32,000 bases of DNA from Acaryochloris marina MBIC11017 (GCF_000018105.1 NC_009927.1:150001-182000), one strand, 5' to 3'; counted from the stretch's first letter, positions 24,054-31,352 are shown. Program-made: numbers and translations. The notes: generated by a model not told the origin, from the letters alone.

Positions 24054-24951
24054 GAGGCTGTTTGAGAAGTTTTAGTGCTCCTGCGCTAGCCTTCGAACCA
24101 TGAGTCGAATCATCGCCACATAAACAAGCGCTTCAGCCGTCCTAGTCAGCACCTCATAATCTTTATTAAGACGTCGAGACCACAACAACCATCCAAACGT
24201 CCGCTCTACAATCCATCGTTTGGGAATAACCTGAAACCCCGCTAGATTATCTGAGCGTTTGACTACTTCCAAGACATATTGAAAACGGTCCATTACCCAC
24301 TTCATCAAAGCTTGTCCTTGATAGCCTGCATCAGCCCATATCCGAACTAGACGGGACAAACTCGCACCTTGGCGTTGAGCTTTCCAAAACAGTATTTTGG
24401 CCCCTCGTTGGTCAGAGATATTTGCAGCGGTGACCATCACCATCAGAACCAGCCCCAAAGTATCAACGAGCACATGACGTTTACGACCTTTGACCATTTT
24501 CCCACCATCAAACCCAATCAAGTGACACCGAGGATTGCCGACTTTGACCGATTGAGCATCGCAGATAGCGGCACTGGGACTGGGATGACGGTCTTCACTC
24601 ACCCGCACTTGCATGCGTAGATGTTCATTGATTTGACTCCAAGTCCCATCATCGCGCCACCTTCGAAAATAGCTATAGACCGTTGACCAACAGGGAAAAT
24701 CATGAGGTAGTTGTCTCCACTGACAACCTGTAACCACGAGATAAAAAATGGCATTGAGAACACTGAGCATATCAGTGGTGCGAGGTCTACCTCCAGGTTT
24801 AGCAGCAGGAATCAAAGGCTCAAGTAATTCCCATTGCAGGGTGGTGAGGTCGCTATCATATGCTGTAGGCATTGCTCTCTAGGTCCTGTCCAGTGTTTGT
24901 GTATTGACAGATTAGTACCTTGAGAGCTTTACTCACTTCTCAAACAGCCTC
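24054..24951 (-). mobile_element. IS5-family insertion sequence (898 bp)
   Basis: Perfect 17-bp terminal inverted repeats: GAGGCTGTTTGAGAAGT at 24054-24070 and its complement at 24935-24951. The 3-bp duplication TTA lies at 24051-24053 and 24952-24954. Confidence 0.92.
24072..24872 (-). CDS. IS5-family DDE transposase (266 aa)
   Basis: N-terminal LTTLQWELLEPLIP...GRPR...NAIFYLVVTGCQWRQLP, the IS4/IS5 N-terminal domain. DDE core DAQSVKV...WADAGYQG...VERTFGWL. Confidence 0.9.
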   Translation of the reverse strand: MPTAYDSDLTTLQWELLEPLIPAAKPGGRPRTTDMLSVLNAIFYLVVTGCQWRQLPHDFPCWSTVYSYFRRWRDDGTWSQINEHLRMQVRVSEDRHPSPSAAICDAQSVKVGNPRCHLIGFDGGKMVKGRKRHVLVDTLGLVLMVMVTAANISDQRGAKILFWKAQRQGASLSRLVRIWADAGYQGQALMKWVMDRFQYVLEVVKRSDNLAGFQVIPKRWIVERTFGWLLWSRRLNKDYEVLTRTAEALVYVAMIRLMVRRLAQEH

Positions 24952-25914
24952 TTAGACGTTGCTTTCCGCAACTTCTTCAGCTCTGTATCAGGTAAACGCA
25001 AAGGTCCAAAAGTGCGGATGCCCCGGTTTAAGAAACGGCATTCAACCCAGACAGCTCGGTTTACCCTAAGGGGGTTTTCAGTGGGCACGAAGCTGTATCT
25101 AGCTAAGATTGGCTCCATTAAAGTTCAGTGGTCTAGGGCATTACCCTCAGAGCCATCCTCAGTAACCATTATCAAAGACCCATCAGGCCGATACTTCGCT
25201 AGCTTTGTTGTCGAAAAAGAGCCAGAGTTATTGCTCTGGAATGATACATCCATCGGCATTGATTTAGGGATAACCACCTTTGCCACCCTCAGCACAGGCC
25301 AGAAAATAGAAGCTCCTAAGCCATTAAAGCGATATCTCAAAAAACTAGCCCGCTTACAAAAGACCTTGAGCCGCTGTGAAAAAGGGTCAAATCGCAGGCA
25401 GGCTGCAAAACTCAAGGTCGCACAACTCCATAATCGGATTAAAGATATTCGAACCGATTTTCTGCACAAACTCAGCACTCAGTTGATCATCGAGAACCAA
25501 GAGATCAATCTAGAAGACTTGAATGTGTCAGGGATGCTCAAGAATCGCAGATTGTCTAAAGCGATCAGTGATTTAGGATGGCGACAATTTAGAACCATGC
25601 TGGAAGCTAAAGCCATCATGTATGGTCGTGATGTCAACATCATCAGTTGCTGGGAACCCACCAGCCAAACCTGCTCATGCTGTGGGCATCGAGAAGGACG
25701 TAAACAGTTGGGGATTAGAGAGTGGCAATGTCTCAATTGTGGCGTTTTCCACGATAGGGATATTAATGCTGCATTGAATATCAAAGCCGCCGGGGGGCAC
25801 TCGGAGGCGATAAACGGATGTCGGAGAGAGTGTAAGTCTGAAGTCAATTCAGCCGTTCTCAGTGATGCGTCAACTCGTCTAGTAGATAAGCAGTTAGAAC
25901 TGTTTGCTAGCTAG

Positions 25915-25950
25915 GGAATCCTCGTGCCTTTAGGCCGAGGAGGATGTCAA
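25915..25950 (+). ncRNA. terminal stem-loop of the probable TnpB omega-RNA (reRNA) / right end
   Basis: GGGAATCCTCGTGCC-TTTA-GGCCGAGGAGGATGTCAA lies directly after the tnpB stop. The stem pairs 25920-25928 with 25933-25940 and has one bulged U. This matches the conserved right-end hairpin seen downstream of cyanobacterial tnpB genes. The scaffold probably starts inside the ORF 3' end. Confidence 0.5.
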
Positions 25951-26149
25951 AGCTCTATTTTAGAGAGACAGTAAGCAATCAAATCTTTACCCAATCACCC
26001 TATAACATCAGGGAACAATCCAGGATTCGAAATGATCAAGATGGCATTTTTAGGAATGGTGGCGATCAACTGATCACGGAGCTTACCCATGATTCGGCAA
26101 CGGGAGCCTATGCAGGGATATTTAATGTTGGCCTTGAACTGAGATAAAG

Positions 26150-26457
26150 TCTCATCTGGTAAAAGGCCAGGGTTATCCTGCCTGACATTGAGAGAATGGT
26201 TCCCGGATGAAGTAAAGTGCATCTCGTCCGTCATGAACCCCTCCCTACCCTCCGGGGTTGAGGAAGGGGCTTGATTGGTCTCAGCCGATCACTAAGTCGT
26301 GACTAGACCATGAGCTGAATACAGGTACGTAGGTCCGGGCGTTTCCCAAACTCGGACACTCTGCAAGCCTTCTGAGAAAAGGCGTAGCGTAACGGCTAGA
26401 AATCCTGGATTCAGTGGTCTTAGGGACATACAACTCATTAGAGGATTATCTCCAACA
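26150..26457 (+). ncRNA. candidate IsrB omega-RNA (HEARO-like) region; 5' boundary uncertain
   Basis: It sits directly 5' of the IsrB-like ORF on the same strand and has no credible ORF. Nested hairpins lie at 26277-26309, 26332-26357 and 26367-26383. The call rests on position and structure only. Confidence 0.45.
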
Positions 26458-27621
26458 ATGATTTTAAGAGTGCCAGTCATATCACCAGAGGGTCAGCCTC
26501 TAATGCCCACCAAACCTAGCCGTGCCCGTCGCATGGTCAGAGATGGTAAAGCTGTCGGCAAATGGAATGATGCTGGAGTCTATTACATCCAGCTCACAGC
26601 AGATCCATCAGACACCCAGACGCAACCCATTCATTTAGGTTGTGATCCTGGCAAGTCCTATTCAGGTATCGCTGTTCAATCTGCTCATTTCACCCTATAT
26701 ACCGCTCACCTTGTTCTACCTTTCCAGCGGATTAAAGAACGCTTGGGAGCTGCCGTCATCAAGAACGGCAAAGTTATCAAAAATGTTCGGGGTAGGGCAT
26801 TACAACGTCGAGTCAGGCGAGGACGGCGCATCAACCGCAAGGTGCCGTTTCACTTAAGAGCACATCGTCAGAAGCGATTTAACAATCGTCGCCAACCCAA
26901 GCTTCCTCCATCAATTAAAGCCTCAAGGCAGATGGAGCTTCGAGTGATCAAGGAACTGTCAAAGATTTTCCCCATCACTTCGATTGTCTATGAAGTCGTC
27001 AAGGCTGATGTAGACAGAACATCAGGTCGCAAAGGTGCTAAATCAGGGAAAGGCTTCTCCCCCGTTATGACTGCACAATATTGGGCGATGGAACAACTAG
27101 AAGCCATTGCTCCAGTCATAAAACGTCATGGCTGGCAAAAGGATGGCAACGGCACTAGCCAGATCCGTAAGCACTTGGGCCTAATCAAATGTAAAGACAA
27201 GAAAGCTCAGGCACCTGAGGCCCATGCTGTCGATGGCATTGCCTTGGCTGCAAGTCAGTTTACTCGATATCAAGCTAGTCAATCTGACTCCATGGATTGG
27301 GTTGGTTCTATAGATGTTACGCCTTGTCAATTCAGGGTGATTACCCGTCCTGCCTATTTCAGGAGAGCGCTGCACTTTGATAATCCCGGCAAAGGGGGGA
27401 CTCATAAGCGAAAGGGCGGTACTGTTACCCCCTGGGTCTTTCGCTCTGGAGATTTAGTGGTGGGCGAAAAAGCGGGCAAGGTATTCCGTGGATGGGTTGG
27501 CGGCTATACAAAAAAAGCTAAATCCGTATCCCTCTATGACCATAACTGGCGACGAATCGGGAAGTTTGTTGTTTCTAAATGCACACTACTTCGGAGGTCA
27601 AATAAGTTATGCGTAGCCTAG
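26458..27621 (+). CDS. isrB: IsrB-type protein (IscB homologue lacking the HNH domain)
   Basis: 387 aa. The order is PLMP motif (EGQPLMPTKPSRARRMVRDGKA), RuvC-I LGCDPGKSYSGIAV, bridge helix RRVRRGRRINRK..RFNNRRQPK, RuvC-II SIVYEVVKADVD and RuvC-III EAHAVDGIALA. There is no CxxC/HNH segment between RuvC-II and RuvC-III. Confidence 0.8.
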   Translation: MILRVPVISPEGQPLMPTKPSRARRMVRDGKAVGKWNDAGVYYIQLTADPSDTQTQPIHLGCDPGKSYSGIAVQSAHFTLYTAHLVLPFQRIKERLGAAVIKNGKVIKNVRGRALQRRVRRGRRINRKVPFHLRAHRQKRFNNRRQPKLPPSIKASRQMELRVIKELSKIFPITSIVYEVVKADVDRTSGRKGAKSGKGFSPVMTAQYWAMEQLEAIAPVIKRHGWQKDGNGTSQIRKHLGLIKCKDKKAQAPEAHAVDGIALAASQFTRYQASQSDSMDWVGSIDVTPCQFRVITRPAYFRRALHFDNPGKGGTHKRKGGTVTPWVFRSGDLVVGEKAGKVFRGWVGGYTKKAKSVSLYDHNWRRIGKFVVSKCTLLRRSNKLCVA

Positions 27622-27654
27622 AAGATTGCCAGCCTTCGTCTGGCCGCTATCCCC

Positions 27655-27681
27655 CTCCGTCTTGCTTCGCTGAAGACGGAG
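27655..27681 (+). terminator. 9-bp hairpin CTCCGTCTT-N9-AAGACGGAG downstream of isrB
   Basis: Perfect stem. A U-rich stretch (GGTTTTGTT) lies about 10 nt further on. A second hairpin, GGCCTCAC...GTGAGGCC, is at 27748-27777. Either could be a terminator or an element right end. Confidence 0.4.
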
Positions 27682-27862
27682 ATCCACGCGGTTTTGTTGG
27701 GTCGATGCTGAACACAATTTACGCCAAAGCATCGGCAAGTAACTTTTGGCCTCACTCGGCCAGCGCTGGGTGAGGCCTATCGCCAGTTTCAAATCTGAAT
27801 CGCTCGTGAATTTTCTGATACCGACACATTCTCTTTAATCTCAATAACAGAAGGTTTTTATC

Positions 27863-28474
27863 ATGGCTAACAACCTGCTCATCATTGACCCGGCAGAACT
27901 TCAGCCAGTCAACCACCTCAGGCCTCGACAAGCCTTGCTAGCAGCTTTAAGGACAACGCACAAGGCAGGCTGGCACCTGGCAATGATTTCAGATCAATCC
28001 AAAATCGCAAAAGGAGAGCGCAGCTTAACCGAAGTTCTAGATTGCCATCAAGCCGCAATGAATCGATATGACCAATTAATTGGCGTAAGTATGTTCACGA
28101 CAAACCAGGGCAGTGAAATGGTTGTAACACGGTGTCAAATCCCTGATATCGGCATATTCAATACTCAATCGACCTTAACTCAGAAGATTGCAAAGTCCTT
28201 TGATGCAACAATCACAGGCGATTGGTTTTTACCGCCAAACCCCGGCTTGCTAATGGCTTGCATGGCGTTACACAGTTCCACATTTGAGACGACTGTAATG
28301 GTCGGCACTGGCAGATTTGATGCCTTGGCTGTTCGCAACGGTCTGTTGTTAATGCATCCTGAAACCTTCGAACAGAAAGGGGTCACTGTGGGGCACTCCG
28401 CTCATTCAGTACAACAAACAACCCTGCAGATAAGGGACATGTTAGGGCAGAACTATTCTCTAACCGAAAACTAG
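27863..28474 (+). CDS. hypothetical protein, possibly a degenerate HAD-IIIA-like fold
   Basis: 203 aa. LLIIDPAE...AMISDQSKIAKGE...PPNPGLL...MVGTGRFDALA loosely follows the GmhB/PNKP phosphatase motif order. The second Asp of the DxD motif is missing. Confidence 0.4.
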   Translation: MANNLLIIDPAELQPVNHLRPRQALLAALRTTHKAGWHLAMISDQSKIAKGERSLTEVLDCHQAAMNRYDQLIGVSMFTTNQGSEMVVTRCQIPDIGIFNTQSTLTQKIAKSFDATITGDWFLPPNPGLLMACMALHSSTFETTVMVGTGRFDALAVRNGLLLMHPETFEQKGVTVGHSAHSVQQTTLQIRDMLGQNYSLTEN

Positions 28475-28493
28475 TCATCGTAATAGCTCTATC

Positions 28494-28540
28494 GCCCTGG
28501 TTGTTACCCCAGAGTTTTAAGCCAGGGCTTCATTCAATTT
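28494..28540 (+). terminator. stem GCCCTGG/CCAGGGC followed by a T-rich tract
   Basis: The stem pairs 28494-28500 with 28522-28528 and has a large loop. TTCATTCAATTTTTT follows. Confidence 0.4.
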
Positions 28541-28689
28541 TTTAAACCTCAGTAATCTTTTCACCAGCAATTTTGTTGAGGATATATATTGATAGGAATT
28601 GGGAGTGGGCTATTTATTCTAGCTGTAAAATCGCTTTCCTTGGGTATTTTCCTAAGAAAAAAGTCAATAGAAAACTAAATATTCTATTT

Positions 28690-29169
28690 CTATCCCTTTG
28701 GTTTTCCTAAGTCAGTTTGTTTAATTGGAGGCTTAGTAGCTGATGAAACAAAAAAATAACCTGTAACAGCGGTAACAATTGGCGTTAAGAATGTATAAAG
28801 CCTATTAGATGTTGAATCCACCATGGCATTTGCCTTTTCATTCAATTGAATTTCTTGTTGATGAACTAAACTGATTGTTCCATCTTCTTCTAGCTGAGGT
28901 TTGAGAGAAGATATTTCATTAGCAAACTTCCTAGAAGCCTCAAAATGTGACCATGCTAACATTCCTAGAAGACACCAAAGACTAAGAGCTAATATTCCTG
29001 ATCCCCATAATTTCACATTCGATCTAAATTCTTCAGGTTTATAAAAGTTCTCCATCCAGTTTCTATAAAATTCCAAAGAATTTTCCAAAATATTTTGATC
29101 TTCTAAAGTTGAAGCATCGTCAGTATTTATAGAATTTTTTTTATGGCCGCTTAAATCTTCTTGACTCAT
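28690..29169 (-). CDS. hypothetical membrane protein (159 aa), AT-rich gene
   Basis: Two hydrophobic segments (ILALSLWCLLGMLAW and LTPIVTAVTGYFFV). Low GC relative to the flanks. Confidence 0.5.
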   Translation of the reverse strand: MSQEDLSGHKKNSINTDDASTLEDQNILENSLEFYRNWMENFYKPEEFRSNVKLWGSGILALSLWCLLGMLAWSHFEASRKFANEISSLKPQLEEDGTISLVHQQEIQLNEKANAMVDSTSNRLYTFLTPIVTAVTGYFFVSSATKPPIKQTDLGKPKG

Positions 29170-29313
29170 GTATTCTTACCTGAATTGTAAATAATTAAAT
29201 AAGTGTAATTACCTGAATTGACTTGGGTCACACTATCAGAAATCAACCAAGGCTGACAAGAATTAGTGTTTGATTATTTACAATTTGGACTTATCTCTAA
29301 TCAACTACCTGGT

Positions 29314-29674
29314 AAGAGAAGAAAAAAACGCTCGCCACTGGGCAGGTTCCGGGGGCTTGTGTTGGATCGAGGATTAGTCTGAGATGATGCGAGAGTTGCC
29401 CCCGAAACGAACAAGAGTGTAGCGTACTTCAGATCGGCAAGGTCGCTCTCACAAAGCCATGGCTTTGCTCCACTCACTGCCTTTATTTGGGGATGCTGCA
29501 TTAGACCTCTTGCATAATTCCACTACCGATATGGAAAAGGACTAAAAATCCAAGCCAGATCGCGGTATTTTTTGCGTAACTAGCACATCATGAAACGAAT
29601 ATTGCAAGAGGCCTATTATCGGAATCTTGCTGGATGGGTAAGAGCTTTTGGGATGCTATCAGGGATGCGATCGC
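29314..29674 (-). repeat. conserved non-coding element, copy B (interrupted by a MITE)
   Basis: Same orientation as copy A. After removing 29503-29617 it is 246 nt, against 244 nt for copy A. Confidence 0.8.
29503..29614. mobile_element. 112-bp MITE-like insertion
   Basis: Terminal inverted repeats AGACCTCTTGCA and TGCAAGAGGCCT (11 of 12 positions). Flanked by ATT at 29500-29502 and 29615-29617. Copy A is uninterrupted at the corresponding site (GCATTGTCGG). Confidence 0.7.
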
Positions 29675-29699
29675 CCTCATTAGTAAGTCTTTAACTCTT

Positions 29700-30119
29700 T
29701 CAGGATGCACTTAATAGATAACCTAAACCTAGCCCTAAACCAGCGGAGGCATACAGCAGAAAACCTCGGACAACATAATTTAGAGTCCCTTCCAAGTTTT
29801 GTGCAGCGAGGTTTAATGTCATCCAAAAACATAAAACCATAAACCATCCAATAAAGGGGTTAAAACCAATCGAACTAGCTGTATAAATCGCAAGCATCGT
29901 CAGAAAACTACCGAAACAAAATAAACCCACTCTTAACTTTTTCAACCAAACGACATCACTTAAAGTTGGTAGTGAAATACACCCAACCAATGCAGCAATT
30001 CCTGTTAACTCCACTATTCCAAACCATAAAGGTGCCAGGTGATAGCCTAATACCACGCCACCAATGGAGTTAACCAATAGCCATACAATGATGCTGCTCA
30101 TAGTCGATAATTTGAGCAT
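29700..30119 (-). CDS. polytopic membrane protein (139 aa, about 4 TM)
   Basis: ATG 30119 overlaps the RHH stop (TGATG). It is hydrophobic throughout. Confidence 0.6.
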   Translation of the reverse strand: MLKLSTMSSIIVWLLVNSIGGVVLGYHLAPLWFGIVELTGIAALVGCISLPTLSDVVWLKKLRVGLFCFGSFLTMLAIYTASSIGFNPFIGWFMVLCFWMTLNLAAQNLEGTLNYVVRGFLLYASAGLGLGLGYLLSAS

Positions 30120-30337
30120 CAAGACTTAGTAAGCAGCCCTTCATTTTCAGCCCCGATCCTCGCCTGTTGTCTCAACCAAGCTGTAAGCTCTCCTTTGCCT
30201 GGATACTTGGTGGCAAGGGCTTCATATACTTCTTCTTCCAACCGAATACTCAGCGACTTAGCAAGCTTACCAGTCGTATTGTCTGCCCTTGGTAATGGTT
30301 CCAGGTGGTCAAAAGTAGGGTTAGGATTTCTTCCCAT
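30119..30337 (-). CDS. ribbon-helix-helix regulator, cassette 3
   Basis: 72 aa from ATG 30337. Beta-strand LSIRLE, then helices EEVYEALATKY and ELTAWLRQQARIG. The TTG-started 93-aa version would begin inside the operator. Confidence 0.6.
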   Translation of the reverse strand: MGRNPNPTFDHLEPLPRADNTTGKLAKSLSIRLEEEVYEALATKYPGKGELTAWLRQQARIGAENEGLLTKS

Positions 30338-30587
30338 ATCTGAATACACATAGTTACGAGACAAGCCTAGCATAAGCATCAGATATATGCTTGCATTCAA
30401 GCCTATATATCTATGGAAACTTAATGCTCAAAGTATACAGAAATAAGATATAAACAAGTGTAAACAATCTCTTTATATGCTTGAATGCAAGCATATAAGT
30501 GTTATAATGCTTACATGCAAACAAAGGCACCGCGCTTCCGACCAAAGACTCGCGATGCCCTAGTTAAAACCCAACAAAGGATTAACT
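30338..30587 (+). promoter_or_regulatory. cassette-3 control region: 10-N4-10 palindromes, TATAAT, conserved hairpin leader
   Basis: TATATGCTTG-catt-CAAGCCTATA at 30384-30407 and TATATGCTTG-aatg-CAAGCATATA at 30474-30497. TATAAT at 30503-30508. The leader is CAAACAAAGGCACCGCG...CGCGATGCCCTAGTTAAAACCCAACAAAGGATTAACTATG, with the stem at 30526-30534 and 30551-30559. Confidence 0.6.
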
Positions 30588-30899
30588 ATGACCACTTTAC
30601 TCAAAACTCCCACCACCGTCACTGAACTTCTTCAGCTTGTTGATGCTCAAGTCACTGATCCACTCCATCCAGAAGTCATTGCCGTTGAACTGCAAATCGA
30701 GCAATACCCCGGTGTACGTGAGGGTGGCGACTTGTTTGAAGTCCTCGCTGCCGTCACCAGCAAGCCTGGTCTTCTCGGTGATCGTCTCCGGGCATGGGTT
30801 CAGTCTGAGTATGGCAATGATTACCGCTTAGCAGATTGGCGCACCATCCCCACCACTCGCCAGATCGAAGCTGAGAAGAACTTTGAAGACGAATTCTAA
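30588..30899 (+). CDS. small acidic protein, paralogue of 10246-10548
   Basis: 103 aa with MTTL..PTTVTELLQLVD.QVTDPLHPEVIAVE.QIE.YPGVREGGDLFEV...LADWRTIPTTRQI shared with the other copy. Confidence 0.7.
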   Translation: MTTLLKTPTTVTELLQLVDAQVTDPLHPEVIAVELQIEQYPGVREGGDLFEVLAAVTSKPGLLGDRLRAWVQSEYGNDYRLADWRTIPTTRQIEAEKNFEDEF

Positions 30900-30907
30900 G
30901 CACATTC

Positions 30908-30927
30908 GGGGGGCAACACCGCCCCCC
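30908..30927 (+). terminator. GC hairpin GGGGGGC-aacacc-GCCCCCC after the cassette-3 acidic-protein gene
   Basis: 7-bp GC stem, 9 nt after the stop, with no U-tract. It sits in the same position as the hairpins of cassettes 1 and 2. Confidence 0.45.
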
Positions 30928-30966
30928 AAGGGATATTGCGCAATAATGATAATAAGGGAGAGACAA

Positions 30967-31269
30967 ATGAATTCATCAGACACAACTCAAATGCCCCAAT
31001 GGCTGGATGTCTTAGCAAAGCTTGCAACGATAGTCATCGCTATTGTCGCTCTGATTTCAGCTCTAGCTAGTGTCAATTTCTTCGTTGTTAGATCTGTTGT
31101 TGCAGAACAAATTACACCTCAATTCCAGCAAATAGATCAGCGATTTCAACAGGTCGATCAACGACTTCAGCAAATAGATCAGCGGTTCCAGCAGGTCGAT
31201 CAACGATTTCAGCAGATGGATCAACGACTAGAGCGGATTGAAATCAAGCTAGACAAAATCACGAATTAA
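30967..31269 (+). CDS. membrane-anchored coiled-coil protein with heptad tandem repeats (100 aa)
   Basis: Start at ATG 30967, behind AAGGGAGAG. TM helix LAKLATIVIAIVALISALASVNFFVV, then QQIDQRF/QQVDQRL heptads ending RLERIEIKLDKI. Confidence 0.65.
   Translation: MNSSDTTQMPQWLDVLAKLATIVIAIVALISALASVNFFVVRSVVAEQITPQFQQIDQRFQQVDQRLQQIDQRFQQVDQRFQQMDQRLERIEIKLDKITN
31126..31230 (+). repeat. five tandem 21-bp units (42-bp super-period), coding
   Basis: The units are CAGCAAATAGATCAGCGATTT, CAACAGGTCGATCAACGACTT, CAGCAAATAGATCAGCGGTTC, CAGCAGGTCGATCAACGATTT and CAGCAGATGGATCAACGACTA. Confidence 0.9.
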
Positions 31270-31278
31270 GTTTGATTT

Positions 31279-31317
31279 TCTCCAAGTACCTTAGTTTGAA
31301 GCCAAGGTACTTGGAGA
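31279..31317. terminator. bidirectional intrinsic terminator (14-bp perfect stem)
   Basis: TCTCCAAGTACCTT (31279-31292) pairs with AAGGTACTTGGAGA (31304-31317). TTGTTTGTTTA follows. It lies between convergent genes. Confidence 0.7.
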
Positions 31318-31352
31318 TTGTTTGTTTATCCCATCTCGTTAAGCTTAGTTAC

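Larger units (their letters stand above)
23799..25914 (+). pseudogene. tnpB: TnpB (IS605 OrfB-type RuvC nuclease) interrupted by an IS5-family element
   Basis: The N-terminal 85 codons (MKLRYRYRVYPT...QQSVRDL) end at the TTA at 24051-24053. After the insertion the frame resumes at 24955 (DVAFRNFFSSVSGKRKGPKVRMPRFKKRHS...). The restored ORF is 404 aa, with RuvC D (IGIDLGITTF), E (INLEDLNVSGM), a zinc finger CSCCGH...CLNCG and D (HDRDINAALNI). Confidence 0.9.

Noticed and set aside
24933-25118. 61-aa minus-strand ORF spanning the IS5 right end and the tnpB junction
   Set aside because: It crosses the insertion boundary and is antisense to tnpB, so it is an artefact.
25944-26234. ORFs of 67 aa (plus strand) and 79 aa (minus strand) between the tnpB end and isrB
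   Set aside because: They overlap each other on opposite strands and have no RBS or motif. They lie where the target flank of tnpB and the 5' part or flank of the IsrB RNA are expected. The 79-aa ORF could be a fragment of a disrupted gene, but I cannot support it.
31126-31230. Regular 21-bp repeats as a possible CRISPR-like or iteron array
   Set aside because: There are no spacers, and the period is exactly 7 codons inside a well-supported ORF with a good RBS. It is a coding heptad repeat.
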